From contig NC_091473.1 of the NCBI RefSeq assembly GCF_036971445.1, positions 57,598,001 through 57,662,000 on the forward strand: a stretch of DNA of 64,000 bases, read 5' to 3'. Below, one piece after another: positions 60,726 through 64,000 of this stretch; positions within the stretch are counted from its first letter, which is position 1, and the number at the start of each line of letters is the position of its first letter. The DNA comes from Narcine bancroftii. Taxonomy: Eukaryota. Below the pieces are notes generated by a model that worked only from the letters and a program-made list of their open reading frames with translations, made no database searches and was not told the origin of the DNA. A program made the position numbers and the translations under genes.

Positions 60726-62724
60726 CCTATCTTAAAATTCTTTAATCAGTGGGGAATCAATCTATGTATTGGAGCTTCAGTTCATTCAGGCTAATCTATA
60801 GCAAGAATATGTTTCCATGAATGGTCGTAGTTTGTGTGTGTGACAGCAGAGTTATGAAAAACCTGATAATATGCCATGCTTGATCTTGCTCCATCTTCCC
60901 TGGCAGCAGTCTCCTTTTGTATCCCAATGATATTTTGAATGCGCTGTCATACTAATGCCCATATCTGCCATGGCTGGTAAAAGACTAAGGGGTCAGGCGC
61001 AAGATCTATCCAGCTGCTTGACACAGCATGACTTGTGCTCCACTTAGGATTCTAGTTGAATCAATTGGTGGATTACAAGGACAAGTGCACTCATGCACAT
61101 GTGACCTGTGGGTCACAAGGTACTAAAGTGAAAATCAAGATCATCTTGATATGAACACTGTGGTTGGTCAACAGTTCTCTCCAGAATTGCTTGTTTGGTA
61201 AGCAACTCTATCTAAGTCAACACTTGGCCAGTTCTAATTTTGGATCTCACCCTATTCTAATGGTGCTGGGTTTGGAGTACTTGGTCAGTCTGTTTTGTGG
61301 TGAAAGCTTTATGGAGTTGATACGGGCATAGATTTTGAGATCATCAATGGGAATTCTCCAATGATTGAGCAACCTCAGTGGCAAGTCAGATGTGATTTTT
61401 CTGGAGTCATCTATTCCAGTTACTTGGAATCTCAGAATAAAATCATGAACAGAAAAATTCTGACACAAAAGTGGGGATTACAAGTCTTTGCCTTTTGTAG
61501 GAATTGAAGCATGGAATAACAAACATTTCATATACATTTTTTGGAAGATGAATTAAGATCTTAAATGTAGACCTTACATTTGGCCCCGCTATTATGACAA
61601 TCAAATGAGCTTTCAAAGGAACCAGATGAGTGATTGTGGCCTGGAGCATCTTTTACCATGCAACTCCTTCATTCAAAGAGGCATAATGTTGCATTAAAAA
61701 AATTAAATCCACTTCAGAACATTGTCTACATGTGAAGACCTTAATAGAACCAGATCTAGATTCTATGTCACGCTGAATGTTTGCATTTTGCGTGTGCTCA
61801 CTCCAGAGGTTGTAGTCTGTTCATTATTAGAACACAAAATAATCTCATTATTACAACACATAATTATCTTTTTGCTTTGGGTTTTTTTCCCCCCCAACAA
61901 GACATCCACCAGGTTACTAAATTGAATAGGCTAAGGAGGCCTGAACTTCTGTCTCTATTCTCCATTGCTTACTTCCTACAAGGACAATAGGATTAAATTC
62001 TGACCTTCACAGCAGGAAGAACTTTGTCTTTAGTATCCCAGATCAGAAAAGGTAAATGTTATTTGGACTTTTATCGTTACTGATGTTTGCTAAATTTTAT
62101 GCGTAAATGTGGAATGGGTTGTTGTATCTGGTTGAAGATCGCATTGAAACACCTGCGAAATTCAAAAAATCTCAAGCCATTGGGTGCTCAGCTGCAAAGT
62201 TTAACCCCACCAGGAATTGATTTTTTTTAAGGGGACAGAATGAGAAATTGTCAAGAATCTCACACTATTTCTGGGCTATTTCCATTAAGAGCATTCACTG
62301 AGTAGGCACAACATCACACAAATTATTGGCAATTAAATTCTTGATACAAACCAATGAAATCCTGCACCCCTCTGCACATTATCATGTTTGTTTTCTCTTC
62401 TCAGCATGTTTGTTTCTCTATCAATTGCTCTCATGTTTTGAACAAGTTTAGCAGTTTATGCCACCAGGATTTTCTTGTTAAATGTGAAATGGAGAGGTGA
62501 CTGAACACTGAGGTGAAATGAAAGTCTTGAGAGAGTGATGGCAGGATCTCTTACAGTTAAACGTGTTAATAGCTTAAGATACAAAATTGCAAATGTACCA
62601 GTGAATCACCATTGCTGAGGGACTAAACGTTGGTTACACTTCACTTGTAAATGCAACATGACCTGCTAAGTTTCTCCAGCACTTTTGTGTATTGCACTAC
62701 AATCAGTGTCTGCAGGACCAAGGT

Positions 62725-63410
62725 TCCTTTTATTGTCATGTAATGATACATAAAAATATTTTATATATATGTATTATGTACTTTAACTTTTGTCTGCTGT
62801 AAGGCAAAAGAGTGGCATTGAGCATTGTCCAGCACCACTAATAGGAGAAAGAGAAGCAAAAAAAGAGTCCCTTCAGAGGTGCTGACTCTCTCTGGATTCA
62901 TCTCCACTCCTGCAACCTGTCCAAGCCATTGGCAACCCAAGCTCCAGATCCAAACCTCTGATACGATCAGGAAGCCTTCAGAGCCTGAAGTCCCTTGGGA
63001 GCCATTCTTGCCCTCAGCAACTGTTGAATCCTGGTTCTGATACCCGGTACCCATAAGCCATTCTCCACCAGCCCACAGCCTGCTGGTCCGCTGCCGAGGG
63101 CACTTTCCCTGAAGGTTCATCTCAGTTGGGGGGGGGGGGGGGGTGTCAGTGTTTCCACCTTTTCTGATGCCCTCTACTGGTCTGCAACCCATTCTGCTAT
63201 GCTGCACAGTATAAGAGCCATTAATTTGAGCACAGACCTCCTTGGTTGCAGGAATCTTTTAAAAAATCAGCTCCTTTAATAGGCGATTTAAAGCTTGTAT
63301 GGAGCCATCAGTATAACAAGCAGACAGGAGGACCATACAGAAGAGTGCTGTGTCTCCGCTCCTTGCTCTTCTGGGTCCACACCAGCTCTGGCGTCGCTGC
63401 CATTTTTTTT
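62725..63410 (-). mobile_element. Non-autonomous interspersed repeat, copy 2 (same family as 950-1640)
   Basis: Shared core with 1050-1260. The - strand starts aaaatggcagcg and ends atgacaataaa, like the Rex1 tails. Confidence 0.5.
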
Positions 63411-64000
63411 CCATTACCATTGCTTCCAGTCTCTATCCCCAACTTGCTTCTGCTTTCACTTTAATTTTCCTCCCATATTTTTTATTCTTGTTGATTCATA
63501 TTGCTTTACATCAGAGTGTTGTGGGAATTCTTTCAATTTATGCAGTCAAGCCAAAGATAAAAGTATGGGCTGTTTTATCACCTGTCCCTGACAGTACAGT
63601 ATTGCATTACAATGCATGTCCTAAGTCTTTTGTTTTTGTGTGCTGTGACTGGTAATAGGATTACAAAAGATCAATACTAATTATATTTACTGGCTCATAT
63701 TAATCCACTATTGGGTGTTGTTTGGCTGTGGATCATTGAGCATCACGTGCCTACAGTTCAAGGCCAGCTATCCATGGCTAGATGTTGTTCTCTCTTTAGA
63801 CTGCAAGTGGAGCTCTTCACGTGCAATGAAAAATTTTCAGTGGAGAAATTGGTCATAACAATAAAATTTGATGCAAGTCGAGCTTGGTTGTTGCTTCAAT
63901 CTTTCAAGCGATTGGAATCATAGCTATATTTTTCCTTTTCATACTTGCCTTTAGAGCTAAATCTGCAGATGCCTAAGTCTTATTCGGTACACAAAAATGC

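Noticed and set aside
61304-61507. ~67-codon open frame KLYGVDTGIDFEIINGNSP...
   Set aside because: No recognisable domain or convincing splice sites; the length is within chance expectation.
62761-63207. 148-aa ORF on the - strand
   Set aside because: It lies within an interspersed repeat, and the homologous copy at 950-1640 does not conserve the frame.

Overview
Eukaryotic, AT-rich, transposon-dominated genomic DNA, probably an intron or intergenic stretch. The repeat mix (CR1, Rex1/Babar, BovB-like RTE, L1, Penelope-like and V-domain tRNA SINEs) suggests a cartilaginous fish; this is inference from repeat content only. I could not recognise any host protein-coding exon, and every long ORF I can identify is retroelement-derived. 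Main contents: five young 5'-truncated RTE LINE copies; one LTR-to-LTR decayed Gypsy element (23177-27631, -) plus a second fragment of the same lineage (38790-40287, +), both with a Y(L/F)DN rather than YxDD reverse-transcriptase motif, the complete one having no tRNA-type PBS; a tRNA-Trp-primed (CsRn1-like) Gypsy element (55431-58947, -) with a foreign LTR-like segment in place of part of pol; several solo or partial LTRs; multiple CR1, Rex1/Babar, L1 and Penelope remnants, the last with decayed hammerhead-ribozyme cores; a Harbinger-like and a compound hAT-Charlie non-autonomous DNA element; an inverted duplication of an L1 3' end; and a 38 x 22 bp minisatellite with higher-order structure. 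All identities are estimated by eye, and boundaries of old repeats are approximate.
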